From Desulfuromonadales bacterium (lineage in GTDB: Bacteria; Desulfobacterota; Desulfuromonadia; Desulfuromonadales; BM103): a stretch of 64,000 nt of DNA. Shown here piece after piece: positions 63,479 through 64,000 of the stretch. Under the pieces are notes generated by a model that saw only the letters and a program-made list of their open reading frames with translations, was not told the origin of the DNA and made no database searches. Both the position numbers and the translations under genes were made by a program. How positions within the stretch are numbered: the stretch's first letter is position 1; every line of letters begins with the position of its first letter. The stretch covers positions 4,891 through 68,890 of the forward strand of contig JAVVDS010000002.1 in assembly GCA_032251295.1 (NCBI GenBank), in the 5' to 3' direction.

Positions 63479-64000
63479 ATGACAGTCACCAGACGAAGTT
63501 TTCTCAAATACTCGGCGGGAACCGGTGCTTTTCTCGGTCTCGGCCTGTTCGACAACCCGCTGCTGCGCAAGGCCTTCGCTCAGGCGATCCAGGAGACACC
63601 GGTGATCTGGCTGGCCGCCGGTGCCTGCAGCGGCTGCAGTGTATCGCTGCTCAACAGCCTGTCGCCGCGCATCCAGGATGTGCTGCTCGACCAGGTGCTC
63701 CCCGGCCACCACGTTGAAATGGCGTTCCACCCGACCATCATGGCCGCGGCCGGCGATCTCGCCATGCAGGCGATGTACGACACCGAGGAGAAGCCGTTCA
63801 TCCTGGTGGTGGAAGGATCGGTCATGACCGCCGAACGCGGTATCCACTGCGAGATCGGCGAGAAGGACGACCACGGCATCACCGGTCTCGACCATGTGCT
63901 GCGCCTCGGCCGCAAGGCGAAGGCAGTGCTCGCCGTCGGCACCTGCGCCGCATTCGGCGGCATCCCCGCGGCAGAGATGAACCCGACCGGTTCCAGGGGG
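63479..64000 (+). CDS. [NiFe] hydrogenase small subunit with a Tat signal peptide, N-terminal 174 aa; the 3' end lies outside the window
   Basis: My own translation from the ATG at 63479 is MTVTRRSFLKYSAGTGAFLGLGL...VIWLAAGACSGCSVSLLNS...LAVGTCAAFGGIPAA. It shows a twin-arginine motif and proximal-cluster Cys motifs. The frame is open to base 64000, so it is absent from the ORF track. It is preceded by AGGAGA. Confidence 0.9.
   Translation, partial: MTVTRRSFLKYSAGTGAFLGLGLFDNPLLRKAFAQAIQETPVIWLAAGACSGCSVSLLNSLSPRIQDVLLDQVLPGHHVEMAFHPTIMAAAGDLAMQAMYDTEEKPFILVVEGSVMTAERGIHCEIGEKDDHGITGLDHVLRLGRKAKAVLAVGTCAAFGGIPAAEMNPTGSRG

Overview
A visibly GC-rich bacterial chromosomal segment made up almost entirely of core housekeeping genes. 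I found no transposase, integrase, phage gene, CRISPR array or rRNA. Gene content and order suggest a Desulfuromonadales/Geobacter-like deltaproteobacterium: split F1Fo operon with b and b' subunits, thyX, many sigma-54 activators, periplasmic [NiFe] hydrogenase. That assignment is inference only.

Gene order by region:
- 1-10.3 kb (+): origin-type cluster mnmG-rsmG-parA-parB-bactofilin, then an ATP synthase operon (b', b, delta, alpha, gamma, beta, epsilon) with no a, c or I genes.
- 10.4-14.6 kb: TIM-barrel isomerase, MthK-like K+ channel, GntR regulator, transaldolase, a small Zn-ribbon membrane protein and folK.
- 14.8-18.5 kb (+): MoxR-DUF58-transglutaminase operon.
- 18.5-23.6 kb: pcnB (-), then divergent miaA-GT2-PilZ-rubrerythrin-like-monoheme cytochrome c (+).
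- 23.7-45.4 kb (-): one long co-directional housekeeping block. In transcription order it is gluQ, rho, rpmE, thyX, prfA, prmC, murA, hisGDBHAFE, yqeY, cvpA, mutS2, dnaG, rpoD, tRNA(CAT), nif3, COG1579 Zn-ribbon gene and RNase P RNA.
- 45.4-64 kb: an Rrf2 regulator, a PAS-like sigma-54 activator, hrpB, a sigma-54-driven orphan CheY-like receiver, DUF4197, hsp20-hsp20-clpB, purB, a secreted SNase-like nuclease, a membrane protein, larE and a second Rrf2 regulator. It ends with an NtrC-type regulator next to a [NiFe] hydrogenase locus that runs off the window end.

I see no convincing novel defence or mobile system. The observations most worth following up are:
- the sigma-54-controlled hydrogenase operon, whose gene order (large subunit, protease, Tat small subunit) is non-canonical;
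- rnpB starting about 14 nt after the stop of the COG1579 gene;
- a K+ channel whose selectivity filter reads TVGFKE;
- the translationally coupled miaA-GT2 pair followed by PilZ;
- two well-formed -24/-12 promoters with upstream repeat arrays;
- an orphan three-Cys LarE next to an Rrf2 regulator.

All calls rest on the supplied translations and motif recognition by eye. No database search was run.
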